From Chloroflexota bacterium (GTDB lineage Bacteria; Chloroflexota; UBA11872; VXNJ01), in NCBI GenBank assembly GCA_965261345.1, contig OZ253449.1:64001-128000 (forward strand): a DNA stretch of 64,000 nt, in the 5' to 3' direction. The position numbers were made by a program, and so were the translations under genes. Positions 1 through 10,467 of the stretch are shown here, in pieces. Every line of letters starts with the position of its first letter. The stretch's first letter is position 1. The notes below the pieces were generated by a model. The model ran no database searches. It had not been told where the DNA came from and saw only the letters and a list, made by a program, of their open reading frames with translations.

Positions 1-85
1 AGCCGCAAAGTCGGGCAGCCGCCTTATATGAACCGGTCAGGTCGAATGCTTCAAGAATTTTCATTGCTTCCTCATGAGACTTCAT
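1..85 (-). CDS. istA: IS21 transposase IstA, N-terminus (partial)
   Basis: Hand translation MKSHEEAMKILEAFDLTGSYKAAARLCG resembles an IstA N-terminal HTH. Confidence 0.7.
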   Translation of the reverse strand, partial: MKSHEEAMKILEAFDLTGSYKAAARLCG

Positions 86-305
86 ATGCGACCCCTGCTT
101 GGTGATGCGCGTCTTGCATGACTCGCAAGTCAAGCAGGGGGAGCACCCGGCGCAGGTCATTTCCTCGCCGGGATTAAATCGTTGTGCGAGGAGAGATCAG
201 GCGGTCAGGGGCACGCTCTCAAATGGCCGCCAGCGGACAGTTTTAGTGACCGCCAGCGGACACTTCTCATGGCCGCCACCGGACAGAAACCAATGTCCGT
301 CCACA
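1..305 (-). mobile_element. IS21-family element, left end (continues beyond window)
   Basis: Reverse strand begins TGTGGACGGACATT at 305, followed by three repeats of TGTCCG(C/G)TGGCGG, typical of IS21 subterminal repeats; an IstA-like start follows. Confidence 0.8.
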
Positions 306-521
306 AAATGCGGTTACAACTAGCCAGGGGTCCTTGCTTGTGTTGACGACAACTCGCAACACTCGTCCATCGCGTTCGTGAATGCTCTTGAAGAATCTCG
401 CAACTTGCGAATCATTGTTTTCGCCAGTTCGCAATTCTGGCGCCTGGACGGTGTCAAACGCCCATTCGATGCGAATTGCCCGCTCGGCGATCACGTGTTG
501 AGCGTGAATTGAGAAATCCAA
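306..521 (-). pseudogene. DUF4258-like (BrnT/RelE-fold) toxin truncated by IS21
   Basis: FSIHAQHVIAERAI...GRVLRVVVN...LVVTAF; the C-terminus is cut at the IS21 end. Confidence 0.65.
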
Positions 522-749
522 CTGAATGCGTTGGCGCGGCCCATCAGGAATCGCTTGCTCCGATCGGCGGCAGCAACTCTAGTCGTTTATCTCAGATACG
601 GGGCAAAAATTCAAGCGCCCAATTTGATTCGACACTTCACTTGAAATGTGTCGCAATAGTTCCCGCCTCATGGAGGCCTCGGGTCAATGGTTGCCAGCCA
701 AGACTTAAGCAAATGGCGTGTATTAGGCCAGGATGGCAGGGAGTCGCTT

Positions 750-777
750 GGGTAAATTACTAATGATTATGTCTTGT
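750..777 (+). other. dif-like (Xer) recombination site
   Basis: GGGTAAATTAC-TAATGA-TTATGTCTTGT, intergenic. Confidence 0.65.
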
Positions 778-902
778 ATGGACGTTCCGAGCTTGCGCCG
801 AAGAATCAACCAATCAGATGCGTGCGTCAAATCTCCAACCACTGACACGAGCGTCCCGAGACGAATCTCAATCCGTGCGCGCAGTCGCAAACCGCTCGAC
901 GT

Positions 903-1160
903 CTATCTTTTAGATCTGGCTTTCGCAAGTCCGTAGGCGGTTTGTAGGCCAAGCCATGTTTCTGGGGTCGAACCAAAACTCTCGGACAAGCGAATGGCCA
1001 TTTCAACGGAGACCCCGACCCTTTCATTAACTAACCCCGAGAGCGTTTGTCGCGATACGCCCAATCTCTTGGCGGCCCGAGTTACGTTCAGGGCCAACGG
1101 CTCAAGGCATTCGCATCTGACGATTTCGCCAGGGTGAGAGGGATTCATCATCGGCATCAT
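903..1160 (-). CDS. higA: HigA family HTH antitoxin
   Basis: HPGEIVR...SVEMAIRLS..FGSTPETWLGLQ. Confidence 0.85.
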   Translation of the reverse strand: MMPMMNPSHPGEIVRCECLEPLALNVTRAAKRLGVSRQTLSGLVNERVGVSVEMAIRLSESFGSTPETWLGLQTAYGLAKARSKR

Positions 1161-1166
1161 TGCTTC

Positions 1167-1440
1167 CTTAGTCGTAGTTGATGTAGTCGACGATGTGAGT
1201 GTTGCCGTCCATGAACCTGAAAGTTGCTCGCCAATTTACCGATACGGACACCGCCTAGTGTCCCTTCGACTGCCCAGATATGGGATGCAACTTGAATACT
1301 GGCACATCCACGGATTGCCACTCGGTGCCTTGATCAAGGACCACGGGGATTCGCCTCATCTTCAGAACGTGGTCGGCGTTCAAGTAGGGCCGACCCTACG
1401 GACCGCAAAGCGGACGCGGGCCACAGATTTATTGCCCGTC
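1167..1440 (-). pseudogene. higB: HigB (RelE-like killer) toxin, degraded
   Basis: Remnant KLHPISGQSKGH*AVSVSVNWRATFRF...VDYINYD with an internal stop, upstream of higA; 5' limit approximate. Confidence 0.7.
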
Positions 1441-1501
1441 TGTGAATCGCTAAGTTGTGCGGCCCGCTGGGGATCCTCTCAGTTGCGCTTTGGAGGGAGA
1501 A

Positions 1502-1723
1502 TCAACCAACTTCGATGAGTTCGCTAATCGTGCTTGATTCGGGCAACGATTCGCCTTGGTCGATTAATGCTTCGATATGCATCCCGATGGCCTGACCCAG
1601 TAGCTCCCTAACTTCCTCTTTCGAGTCTCCGGCGGCAACACACCCCGGCAAGTCGGGAACGTAGCCCGAGAACCCGTTATCCGTCTTTTCGATCAACACG
1701 ACAAATGCCGCCGGCGTTTTCAC
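1502..1723 (-). CDS. hicB: HicB family antitoxin
   Basis: FSGYVPDLPGCVAAGDSKEE motif; GTG start overlaps the hicA stop. Confidence 0.9.
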   Translation of the reverse strand: MKTPAAFVVLIEKTDNGFSGYVPDLPGCVAAGDSKEEVRELLGQAIGMHIEALIDQGESLPESSTISELIEVG

Positions 1724-1911
1724 CCGTCTAACCCCGCTTGTCTGAGAATGCTCTTCCATGTCCCTGGAGCCAAATCCTTGCCAAGATTACCTGCCACAGT
1801 GACGACTCCAGACCGCTCTGGGTGCTTGTATTGCCGGTGACTGCCTCGGGTTCGGTCCAGCACCCATCCATTCTTTTCAAGTAATCGAATCGCATCGCAA
1901 ACTCTTGGCAC
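1720..1911 (-). CDS. hicA: HicA family toxin
   Basis: GWVLDRTRGSHRQYKHP...GTWKSILRQAG. Confidence 0.9.
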   Translation of the reverse strand: MPRVCDAIRLLEKNGWVLDRTRGSHRQYKHPERSGVVTVAGNLGKDLAPGTWKSILRQAGLDG

Positions 1912-2122
1912 TAGTCACGCACATTGGGCATTCTTGGCCGTTTGGCCGGGCCCGTGCAATCAGTCACTGGCAACATGGATTGAAAGTCCGGCAATTCTCG
2001 GACATGCCGCAACACCGACTCATGATTTAGCGCAAGTGCCCGGTTTTGGATAGACGCATTCCTAATACATACATAAAAAAGTAAGTCCGTCGAATAGTGA
2101 GTTGATACCGCGAATCCATTTC

Positions 2123-2150
2123 ATGATAGGCATTAATGATTTTGTCTAAT
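2123..2150 (+). other. dif-like (Xer) recombination site
   Basis: ATGATAGGCAT-TAATGA-TTTTGTCTAAT, intergenic. Confidence 0.6.
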
Positions 2151-2252
2151 GCCAAACCGGCGGTGTCCAAGCCCCCGTTGCCGTGCGTATCCGACACAAC
2201 CGGGCAATCACGGTCGCTTGGTCGCTGGGCGCCTTCTTCACCAAATTGAATA

Positions 2253-3176
2253 TCAATCGGCTTGGACGAGAGTTTGTTGTACCGCCCGTGTCCATTGCTC
2301 GCGCCGCTTGGCCATCCAATCCGACATCTGATCCCAATTGGTTTGATCGGTAGCGTCGATCGACAGAAAGAAATGTCCGCTTCCGCTAACTTCCCCGACA
2401 GCACCCTCTGCGCTTATTTCTTCCTTGAGCATTGCCACGGGTGCCGCCAGTGCCGTGCTTCGCTCTGCAGTGGACTCCCCGCGCTCAAGGGGGTAATAGA
2501 TCCCGGCGCCATTTTGCGCCATATATATACAGACTCGCCGTCCTGAATCTTCGACTCGGTCGTAGACATTGCTGCCCGCAAATCCGGACCGTACGGTACC
2601 GGGGTGCCGCCGCTCGAAATGGACCCAAAAATTTTGCCGAAACTGACCAAGTGTTGACAGACCACTGCGTCGAGCTACGCTTCGAATCTGGATTTCCCAT
2701 TCATTCGGGCGTTCAAGTACTTCAAACACTGGCGCCATGGCTGAGTCTCCGATGCGCGCTGCCCTGATTCGGGTCGCAAAAAAGGCGAATCCTTCACCGG
2801 AGTGTTCGTTCAGCCAGCGCAACGCGGAAAGGTGCGCCGCGTCAAAGTTGGTGGCCACCCAGATTACGACTTTTGCGTCGAGTCCTGCAAGGTACGCGAG
2901 CACCTGGCCTAGATGGTGCAAATCTGCTCGCTCCAACTGGTTTTCGATCAACACTCGGTTGCCGTCGCGTGGGTCGCGGGCCACGATGTCGGCACGCAAT
3001 CCATTGACTTCTACCTCAGTGCTTTCCAATTCCAACTCGATACCAATAACATCTGTCAACCGGTTCAAGTTATTGGCCAACCACGGCGTGAAATCGAGTG
3101 CTTCGTGGTCCCATGCGCAGCGGGGGTTCACCCATTTCAGATCTTCCAACGATCGCGTAGCCACGCCCAACTCCAA
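2253..3176 (-). CDS. DUF4268-type protein with N-terminal PD-(D/E)XK (NucS-like) nuclease domain
   Basis: W.HEA.DFTPWL...ADIVA...VLIENQL...DH.HLGQ.L.Y.AG signature. Confidence 0.8.
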   Translation of the reverse strand: MELGVATRSLEDLKWVNPRCAWDHEALDFTPWLANNLNRLTDVIGIELELESTEVEVNGLRADIVARDPRDGNRVLIENQLERADLHHLGQVLAYLAGLDAKVVIWVATNFDAAHLSALRWLNEHSGEGFAFFATRIRAARIGDSAMAPVFEVLERPNEWEIQIRSVARRSGLSTLGQFRQNFWVHFERRHPGTVRSGFAGSNVYDRVEDSGRRVCIYMAQNGAGIYYPLERGESTAERSTALAAPVAMLKEEISAEGAVGEVSGSGHFFLSIDATDQTNWDQMSDWMAKRREQWTRAVQQTLVQAD

Positions 3177-3399
3177 TCCACCGAGGTCAGCTGATTACTG
3201 ACATTTTTCATTCCCAGCGGGTAAATTGCAAACCTTGAAATGCTCACCGCTCAATTGAGGCAGCGGACGACTTAACCGCACTCCAAGCAAATCGGGCAAA
3301 CGCCAATCCGCCGCCAATCTCGATTTACTGCTTAAATTCCTTCGTTTCGCATGCTTCCCGGAAAAACCCGGGCTTCCGAGCGTGGCGATCCCGATCACG

Positions 3400-3427
3400 C
3401 TACCTCGAAATGGTAATTACGTAAAAC
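3400..3427 (+). other. degenerate dif-like site
   Basis: CTACCTCGAAA-TGGTAA-TTACGTAAAAC, intergenic. Confidence 0.45.
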
Positions 3428-3492
3428 GCAGTTACTTGGCCTGCGCCTTGGGCATTCCAATGAAGTCCTTTGCGGTCGCCATGGCCTCCAAA

Positions 3493-3834
3493 TCAGAGAT
3501 TTAACACCAGGCGCAATCCGCGTGAAATCTACGCCAAATACTGTTCAACGACGCGGCCAACGGGCTCAACCAAAAAATTGCGGCCTATCGTGGTAACTTG
3601 TGAGACGTTTGCAACCGAATCTTTGGGAAGCCCGGTAGCGTTGGAATTGAGCGACACATTACCAGGGGCGTCAGCCAATTGCAGATTCGATGAAATGGTG
3701 ATGGCCTATACCGTCTGAATCCGACAGCGGTTGAACGAATCTGCCTGGATGATCAATAGCGGCCGCGTGAAAGCGGGTTCGGACCCCCGGGATTCGGGAA
3801 GGTTTACCCACCAGACCTGTCCCCGCTCAATCAC
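3493..3834 (-). pseudogene. mazF: MazF/PemK toxin with two in-frame TAG stops
   Basis: VIERGQVWWVNLPESRGSEPAFTRPLLIIQADSFN...V*AITISSNL...GLPKDSVANVSQ. Confidence 0.85.
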
Positions 3835-4052
3835 CACCATTCTGCCAATATCGGCCGGGATTGAGCTTCCCTGACAGCTGGATCTAGGTCGCTGGCCGAT
3901 TCCTCGTAGGTGTCATCAAGTCGCGCGGTGATGTCACCGCTCTCGTCTTTGGCCACGAATTCGGCCAGGGCGAGCGCATACAAGGTGGATGCCGTATTCG
4001 CGAAGCGGCTAGGATCTATTTGCAAAGCGCGTGATGCAGCGGTTTCTGGCAT
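3831..4052 (-). CDS. ChpI/MazE-like antitoxin (possibly degenerate)
   Basis: LY..ALAEFV.....DIT..LD..Y....S.LDP pattern; overlaps the mazF start. Confidence 0.6.
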   Translation of the reverse strand: MPETAASRALQIDPSRFANTASTLYALALAEFVAKDESGDITARLDDTYEESASDLDPAVREAQSRPILAEWW

Positions 4053-4142
4053 TGACGCGTGTCGATCTTCAGGCTGAGTCGGGTTAGACGATCATTTTTG
4101 GCGCCCGAGAAGCCGGTTATCCTGCACGCAGGCAAGTGAAGT

Positions 4143-4658
4143 ATGGGTATGAACAAATTCTCAGAGACGTATCGTCAGCGCATGCGCGAGCAACTGGCGT
4201 TTCGCAAGTGGATGCGGATGTGGCGACAACGGTTGGGAATTAATCAAACTGAGGTAGCCGAAACCGTGTCCGGCAGCGGTCAATGGACGGTGAGCTCCTG
4301 GGAGATCGGCAGACAGGCGATCCCGGACGACCTGATAATGCCGATCACCGAGTTTTTGGTGGCCCAAGGCGCGTCTGCGCCCCCGCCCATTGCGGTTAGC
4401 GAACCCGCCTACACACCACCACGGTGGGTTCCGCATTCGCCCGAGTACACAGCCCGGCACCAGCAACAGGCGGCGTTTCGGGATTGGATGACCACGACCC
4501 GCAATGAAGTCGGATTAACACAAACGGAATTAGGCCGCAGGACAGGCTCGTCCCAAGAGGCAATCTCCTTTTATGAAAACGGTCTGCAAGCCATTCCTGA
4601 TGTGATGCTCAAGCAGATTGAGCGTGCGCTGCTGGAAGCGGCGGAATTCGAGTCGTGA
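4143..4658 (+). CDS. Protein with two XRE-type HTH domains
   Basis: Two internal repeats: AFRKWMRMWRQRLGINQTEVA...SSWEIGRQAIPD and AFRDWMTTTRNEVGLTQTELG...SFYENGLQAIPD. Confidence 0.75.
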   Translation: MGMNKFSETYRQRMREQLAFRKWMRMWRQRLGINQTEVAETVSGSGQWTVSSWEIGRQAIPDDLIMPITEFLVAQGASAPPPIAVSEPAYTPPRWVPHSPEYTARHQQQAAFRDWMTTTRNEVGLTQTELGRRTGSSQEAISFYENGLQAIPDVMLKQIERALLEAAEFES

Positions 4659-4833
4659 TTTACTCACGGCGGCGGTTGGTGTTGGCGATGGTTGATGACG
4701 CCGGGAACCCTTTGCCCCAGTTAGGGAGATTGCCTAGTCCGACAACGCCGACGAATCCCTATGCATTGGGTAAGTGCCACGAGTGGGTCAAAGACTGTGG
4801 TGATGGCGATAAAAAGACCGCGGCGAATGACGC

Positions 4834-4861
4834 AAACAGCGTATTCCCTATTTCGTAACAT
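4834..4861 (+). other. degenerate dif-like site
   Basis: AAACAGCGTAT-TCCCTA-TTTCGTAACAT; same spacer as the site at 6833. Confidence 0.4.
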
Positions 4862-5049
4862 CAATTGAATCGCCGGATTTGGATTGAAAAAAGTTGAAGC
4901 AATTCAAACGGCGTTTTCACGAAATTCGCAATTGGCGTTTGCAGGCAATGTTGAGTCTCCGGCACACTCAAGCATGAATGCCACCGGTTCTAGTGTTCTT
5001 GGTGCCTGATATTCCACAACGCTCAATAGAGTTCGTCCGGGGTCCGATC

Positions 5050-5595
5050 CCGCCAACTAGCGATCTTGGCGTCGCCCGACGCTTGATCGATGCTTTCGAC
5101 GCAAGCGACAGTTCGCGCCTGGAGGCATAAGACCAGATACTGGCGTTCATTGATTCACACCCAAATGCCCATTTGAGGTCGTGCATGCCGGGCCATCTAA
5201 CTGGTTCTGCAATCGTCCTCGATCACGCTAAGCATCGTGTCGTGCTGGCGAATCACCGAAAACTTGGCCGTTGGTTGCAGGGGGGAGGTCACGCTAACGG
5301 CGATGCCAATCTGGTGGGTGTGGCGCTGCGGGAATCGGAGGAAGAGAATGGAAACACCAACCTCCTTATTGACCCTGTGCCCATCGATATCGACATACAT
5401 AAGATCCCAGCCCACTGAGGCGTGCCTGAACATTTGCATTTCGACGTTTGCTTCCTTGTTCAAGCAGGCCCTGGCGCGGTGCCCCGTATCAGTGAAGAGT
5501 CACTTGACTTACGTTGGTTCGGATTCGACGACCTTGACGAAATTTCGGCCGACGCAAGATTGCGCAGGCTATTCCGCTTCGCATTTTGGTACTGA
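5050..5595 (+). pseudogene. NUDIX hydrolase, interrupted by stops
   Basis: GHLTGSA...HRKLGRWLQGGGHANG...ALRESEEE...IDIDIHKIP*..PEHLHFD; ends approximate. Confidence 0.75.
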
Positions 5596-5883
5596 GATAG
5601 CGATTGGCGTGGGCCTTAACGGGTAATTGCTGGCGGGATGCCTAACCGACCTTGACACCACTCCGGGGCGGAATCCGATTCTGATCGGAATTGATCGCTC
5701 ACGTATTTGTAGGGAGGAATGGGCTCAGATCCAACCTCAGCGCGGAAGTCATGTTGGTGGGCAAATTGAATCCGCGAATTTCCTCGTTCGCTCGAGTTCT
5801 ATGCGGCGGAGATCAGCATTCACGATTTGGTCGAACATTGGCGGAACCGGAGCGCATGAGGGCAATCAGCACCTAGGTTGAGC

Positions 5884-5911
5884 GCTAGAAGTAATAGAGG
5901 TTAGGTCTAAC
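5884..5911 (+). other. dif-like site
   Basis: GCTAGAAGTAA-TAGAGG-TTAGGTCTAAC. Confidence 0.6.
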
Positions 5912-6141
5912 GCGTGCACTACTCGGCCATCAATTCACCGGTCTCGGCTCCGAACCACCATCGGGCCCAACTTAGGAATTGCAAGCCACGCATTCGGACC
6001 AAACCAGATTCCGCATCTAATCTACGCGCGCAAAAGTGTCGCCATCGCGACTACTGAAATCGTTGTTGTTGGATCGCTTGAGCCCCGCTGACATGCGTCT
6101 GAAAAGCGACGGCGAGGAAACTGTCGACACGCACGACGACG

Positions 6142-6345
6142 TTAATCCAAAGTAGGGTGAACGGCGAACGCCCGGTCAAATCGGATTAAAGTCTGCCACT
6201 GGGCGGCTGCCCAATCCGTGATCTCCCTGTCGGTCGCCCTTGGGTCGCCGACGGTCAACCAGTGAGTAGCCTCCCACCTCTGATCCCGCAGCGCCTGCAC
6301 CCAAACCGGCGACAGATTCATATCTACCTGGACCTTTAACCTCAC
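6142..6345 (-). pseudogene. DUF5615 PIN-like toxin, truncated
   Basis: VDMNLSPVWV....EATHW..VG...ATDREI; similarity is lost after about 50 aa. Confidence 0.7.
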
Positions 6346-6572
6346 GGCGTGGAAAGTGGAACCTCGCGTTCCTCCAGCCTCCAAGCTGCATAAGCCAGAG
6401 ATTGATCAATATCTTCTGGCTCCAAATAGGGATAGGCCTCTAAGATCTCGGCGGGGGAGTGCCCTGATGCCAATAGCCCCACGACAATCCCTACGGTGAC
6501 GCGCATGCCGCGAACGCAGGCCTTCCCACCCATGACGTTGGGATCGAAAGTTATTCTGTCCAGCGCCTTCAT
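6342..6572 (-). CDS. DUF433 antitoxin
   Basis: RITFDPNVMGGKACVRGMRVTV...EILEAYPYLEPEDI. Confidence 0.9.
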   Translation of the reverse strand: MKALDRITFDPNVMGGKACVRGMRVTVGIVVGLLASGHSPAEILEAYPYLEPEDIDQSLAYAAWRLEEREVPLSTP

Positions 6573-6832
6573 GGCCATTCAGTTCCCGAATAAGGAAGGC
6601 GATCTATTCTGTGCACCGCCCTTCAATTAATTGTGGCGGATGCAATTGCACACACTCTTACTGATCGACAATGAGCCATTTGCCGTGCCGGAGCGGATTC
6701 ATTGAGGGCACGGTGAAAACATGGCAAGTAGCTTTCGAAAGTCATTCGCATTCGAATCAAATGGGAGCGGTCCTGAAGTTAGCGGCGGCGTTTGTGCGCC
6801 TTGACAGCGGCCATGACTGGCCTTCACAGAGC

Positions 6833-6860
6833 ATTGAGCATCTTCCCTATTATGTCTACC
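6833..6860 (+). other. dif-like site
   Basis: ATTGAGCATCT-TCCCTA-TTATGTCTACC. Confidence 0.65.
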
Positions 6861-7147
6861 AATGCCGTTTCGGTTGGCTAATCAGTTTCCTCAATCAAGA
6901 ACTAGCCAAGTGCTGCAATGCTTCTTGGACTCGACGAAAGTGTGTCTCAAATCCAGTCGCGCATTCGACGTGACGATGAATTTGAATCCCCAACGAGATT
7001 CGGCGCTCATGCGGAGTGTGAAATCCTGGCACGCGGATATTGCGGCCATAACGTTGCCAGGAGCACTGAGGGCCGGAAAAAATCGGCTCGGCAGGCCCAT
7101 GAATGCTGCAACCGGACTGGCGCATCGGTAGTGAATATGTGTTATTG

Positions 7148-7171
7148 GGCCATAAAGATGGTAATATGGCC
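7148..7171. promoter_or_regulatory. Putative TA operator inverted repeat
   Basis: GGCCATA-N10-TATGGCC directly before the antitoxin ATG. Confidence 0.45.
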
Positions 7172-7173
7172 AT

Positions 7174-7443
7174 ATGAAAACAACGATAGAGCTTCCCGAA
7201 GCCACTTTCCGGCAGGTCAAAGCATTGGCGGCTAGTCGCGGCGTGTCGATGAAGTCTTTGTATACCGAGGCACTTGAAGAACACCTTGCCAGGCGCCTAA
7301 TTGAATCCCAATCCGACGAATTGCGCACAGCACCTTGGATGGCCGGTTTTGGTGCCCTGTCCGACCTCAAGGTCGAAAACCGTCGGATCCTCAATTTGAT
7401 TGAAGAAGAATTTGAAGTGGTCTCGCCTGACGACCTAGCTTGA
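7174..7443 (+). CDS. vapB: RHH antitoxin (VapB-like)
   Basis: MKTTIELPEATFRQVKALAA.RG.SMK; coupled to the PIN gene. Confidence 0.75.
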   Translation: MKTTIELPEATFRQVKALAASRGVSMKSLYTEALEEHLARRLIESQSDELRTAPWMAGFGALSDLKVENRRILNLIEEEFEVVSPDDLA

Positions 7444-7817
7444 TTCTCGATACCAACGCATTGTCAGGATGGGCTGAAGGTCATCCAGAGCTTGCTGATC
7501 ACCTGCGGTCAGCTTTGCGAATAGTCCTGCCGAGTATTGTTCTCGGGGAATATGTGTTCGGGATCCGGCAATCGCGTCATCGTGCCCGGTATGAAGCGTG
7601 GATCAGCGCACACGTGCCCACTGTTGAAATCGCAACGGTAACTACCGCCACGGCATTTGCGTACGCCGATATCCGATTGGAGTTGAAGTCGAAAGGTAAT
7701 CCGATTCCGTCCAACGATGTTTGGATTGCGGCGCTTGCCATCCAGCATTCCCTCCCGGTACTGAGTAACGACATCCACTTTGACGGAGTCAACGGAATCA
7801 GGCGAATATCTTTCTGA
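7440..7817 (+). CDS. vapC: VapC PIN-domain toxin
   Basis: MILDTNAL...IVLGE...IPSNDVWIAALA...SND.HF. Confidence 0.9.
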   Translation: MILDTNALSGWAEGHPELADHLRSALRIVLPSIVLGEYVFGIRQSRHRARYEAWISAHVPTVEIATVTTATAFAYADIRLELKSKGNPIPSNDVWIAALAIQHSLPVLSNDIHFDGVNGIRRISF

Positions 7818-7899
7818 CCCAGCCTTGATGGTTACCAATTGGATCTGGATATTCAAATTGCAATCGCCCGGCTGATCCAGATGTTTGCTGCACCAGCCC

Positions 7900-8304
7900 T
7901 CAAGTAAAAGGATTCAATACAGGTACACCAAGTTGCTTAAAGTGCCGGACATTATTCGTTACGACAGTAAGGCCGTGTTCAAATGCAGTAGCAGCAATCA
8001 ACACGTCGGCGTTTGTGTGACCGACTGATGCTGACAACTCCCCCCATCTACGCGCTATAGGAACATCAACGGCGAGAATCCGGTTAGCGTAATGGCGCAG
8101 GACTTGATCAAGCCATGAAGCAAGCGCGTCGGCGAACCTTGGATCGTGCTGCTGCTGTTGGGTAATACCGCGCTCAATTTCGCCGATTGTGACAACACTC
8201 AGATGAAGGTCTGTCGTTCGTTGAGATGATATCCAGGCCTCCAATGCGGGGTTGCGATTGACTCGTCGCAGCCCTGATAGAACGTCTGTGTCAACCAAAT
8301 ACAC
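7900..8304 (-). CDS. vapC: VapC PIN-domain toxin
   Basis: YLVDTDVLS...SVVTIGEIERG...DVLIAATA..HGLTVVT.NVRHF. Confidence 0.9.
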   Translation of the reverse strand: MYLVDTDVLSGLRRVNRNPALEAWISSQRTTDLHLSVVTIGEIERGITQQQQHDPRFADALASWLDQVLRHYANRILAVDVPIARRWGELSASVGHTNADVLIAATAFEHGLTVVTNNVRHFKQLGVPVLNPFT

Positions 8305-8559
8305 CTATGTCTTCAGCGATCGCGCAGGAAGCGAAAGGCGCTCAAATTCCCGCATATCCTGCGGTATCTGGGTCAGCAGCTGTCCAAAAGTGGGGACGGA
8401 TGCTTTTTCACACTGTTGTAACCGCGCATATTCCTCCTCGGCAATGATGACCACCACGGGTTCGCCCCTCCGAGTAACTCGCTGAGGATTGCCCGCCATT
8501 GCGGCGTTGACCAACGCGCTAAATTTATTTTTTGCGTCTTGAAGTGCCCAGTCTGTCAC
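8305..8559 (-). CDS. Phd/YefM antitoxin
   Basis: WALQDAKNKFSALV...PQRVTRRGEPVVV. Confidence 0.9.
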   Translation of the reverse strand: MTDWALQDAKNKFSALVNAAMAGNPQRVTRRGEPVVVIIAEEEYARLQQCEKASVPTFGQLLTQIPQDMREFERLSLPARSLKT

Positions 8560-8644
8560 GAGAACAAATCCTGCTAGCTTAACTGGCTAGATTATAAGCG
8601 AAGTGCTACTTCGCTTCCTCGAAATCAGCGACGTCGAATGTCAG

Positions 8645-8672
8645 ACTAGGTATATTCGCAATTATGTAAATC
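8645..8672 (+). other. dif-like site
   Basis: ACTAGGTATAT-TCGCAA-TTATGTAAATC. Confidence 0.7.
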
Positions 8673-8685
8673 AAGGGCGAGGCCT

Positions 8686-8946
8686 TTATTCGAGCGGAGA
8701 TATCGTCCCGGGCGGTTCTTGGTCCCGAACGCTTCGCCATGCTGCTTTTATTGCGGAGCGATTTTCCGCGGCCCACGCAATGACGAGGCCGTGGGCTCGC
8801 GGTGGCAATTGGCCGCGCAACAATGCCAACGGGTCGAGTTGAAACACAGCCTCATACTCTCCGTACATCGCATGAAAGTGGGGTGGGTTGTAATCCCCGT
8901 ATCACATGAGAATCACGATCCCGTAAAACCTGGCAATTTCAGGCAC
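8686..8946 (-). pseudogene. DUF4160 protein with in-frame TGA
   Basis: MPEIARFYGIVILM*YGDYNPPHFHA.YG. Confidence 0.8.
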
Positions 8947-9226
8947 GAAGAATTGGCGTAGTTCCCTCTTGCATCAATTCCGAATATGATCGCCCTGGCA
9001 ATTGCAAATACAGCGCATCGGCACAACGCTCAATGTCTTTGCCCCATGCCACGGCACCATAAGGCGTAAGTCGCACATTCAAAAAAAACGATTCGTTATT
9101 CCAGGCTTTGAACACTCCGTGTCCGACCAAATGAGAGACATCGACCTCCTCTTCGGTGCCGTCTGAATACCGGAGCTTCAGCCGGTAATTGATGCAGGGA
9201 TCAACCTCAATCAGTCGGATCATCAC
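8939..9226 (-). CDS. DUF2442 protein (partner of DUF4160)
   Basis: YRLKLRYSDG...VD.S.L...GVF..W...GAVAW...I..CADALY. Confidence 0.8.
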   Translation of the reverse strand: MMIRLIEVDPCINYRLKLRYSDGTEEEVDVSHLVGHGVFKAWNNESFFLNVRLTPYGAVAWGKDIERCADALYLQLPGRSYSELMQEGTTPILRA

Positions 9227-9420
9227 ATTTGGCTTTCCGGGCAAAAAAGACCAGATTGATATTTATCGTAGGCAAGATTGTCCGATAGTTTGGCCAGGCT
9301 CGTGGTTGACTGGTCGAGGTGCGCAGGATACAAGCAGACCCCGCACAATGTTGCTGCTTTCATCGCTTCGCGCCCGCTGCCAATCGCTGCGGAAAAAAGT
9401 GCCAATAATTGATCTCGTTC

Positions 9421-9448
9421 GCCATTTGAACTCAGTATTATGTCTAAT
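9421..9448 (+). other. dif-like site
   Basis: GCCATTTGAAC-TCAGTA-TTATGTCTAAT. Confidence 0.65.
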
Positions 9449-9583
9449 GCCAAAACAGCAAGCGGTTGAATCGCAAACCTAGTGCGGGGCGCGAGATTGG
9501 CCTGACCGCCGGTCGCCAATGCTCGTTCAACTTACACGTATCGGGGCAGCAGGTACATCGTGACCTTGTCTCCCGCCCACGGT

Positions 9584-10075
9584 TCACCGCTCTGATATAG
9601 TCTGGGCCTTTAGTGCGTCAGATCCGAGGTTTACGGCCGCTACCGCGTCGCTTAGTTCCCGCATTCTGCAATGCGAAGTTATGCGCTCTATGCCGGTAAG
9701 CCCTATGTTTGCCTGGGAAATTGGCAATTTGGGCTCAGGCACGACAAAAAAGCGCCACTGATTGGGGTCGCGGTGGTCGGCGTGCTGGCGCCTACGTTCG
9801 CTGTGCCAAGCAAAAACGTAAATATCAGCAGGCCGCGACGGCGTCTTAAACTCCACCCAGCGGCTTCCATCCCGAGTTGAATATCCCTTTCGCAAGGCGA
9901 TGTTGAAGCTGGGATTGCGTCGCTCCGCCACCTCTTCACGGTCCCAAGTTTGTCTTACCGCAGACTGTTTGACCTCAATGCGCGCACCAGATTCGTGCTC
10001 GATATCCCATGGGGCCCAATCCCATCGATGCTCACAAGGGAGCTTCCATTCGGGCCCGAGCGCCAGTGCGACCAT
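9584..10075 (-). CDS. Putative PD-(D/E)XK restriction-like nuclease (frame open ~30 codons further upstream)
   Basis: WD.......IEVKQSA ... ADIYVFA ... W.FFVV. Confidence 0.55.
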   Translation of the reverse strand: MVALALGPEWKLPCEHRWDWAPWDIEHESGARIEVKQSAVRQTWDREEVAERRNPSFNIALRKGYSTRDGSRWVEFKTPSRPADIYVFAWHSERRRQHADHRDPNQWRFFVVPEPKLPISQANIGLTGIERITSHCRMRELSDAVAAVNLGSDALKAQTISER

Positions 10076-10467
10076 GCACTCGACACAGTCGCCACGATAG
10101 ACATTGTTTATGAGAGGGGATTCGTAGCGTATCAGGAGTTTTCGGAGAATACGCGGGTCTAACTCAACCAGTTTTCTGCCTCACAGCCTTGACCGCGAAT
10201 TCCTCCGGATTATCCGCGTTTCACGGGCGAAATTCTGGCAGCCTCTGGCTTTCGGCGCGGCGACAGACTCGTCGCGCAGCTGACGGAATTGCCGTCGAAA
10301 TAATGTTCGACGGGTGATCGACATTAGGGACGAGCAACCGCATTCAGCCGCCCACGCTGCCGAGCGGGGAGTTGAGGCAGGGGTGATTCCTCTGCGGCTC
10401 AGTGCGATACAGCGCAATCGCGCTAGCCTTCTGGGGAAGGATCGACCACTGCGGAAGCGCCACTACT

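Noticed and set aside
3493-3834. Stop-codon recoding (two TAGs in mazF; TGA in DUF4160 and NUDIX)
   Set aside because: Mixed stop types and co-occurring frameshifts, while intact genes end in TAG/TGA normally; ordinary decay is the simpler explanation.
5690-5880. Possible hicA remnant (QRGSH)
   Set aside because: Too degraded to support.
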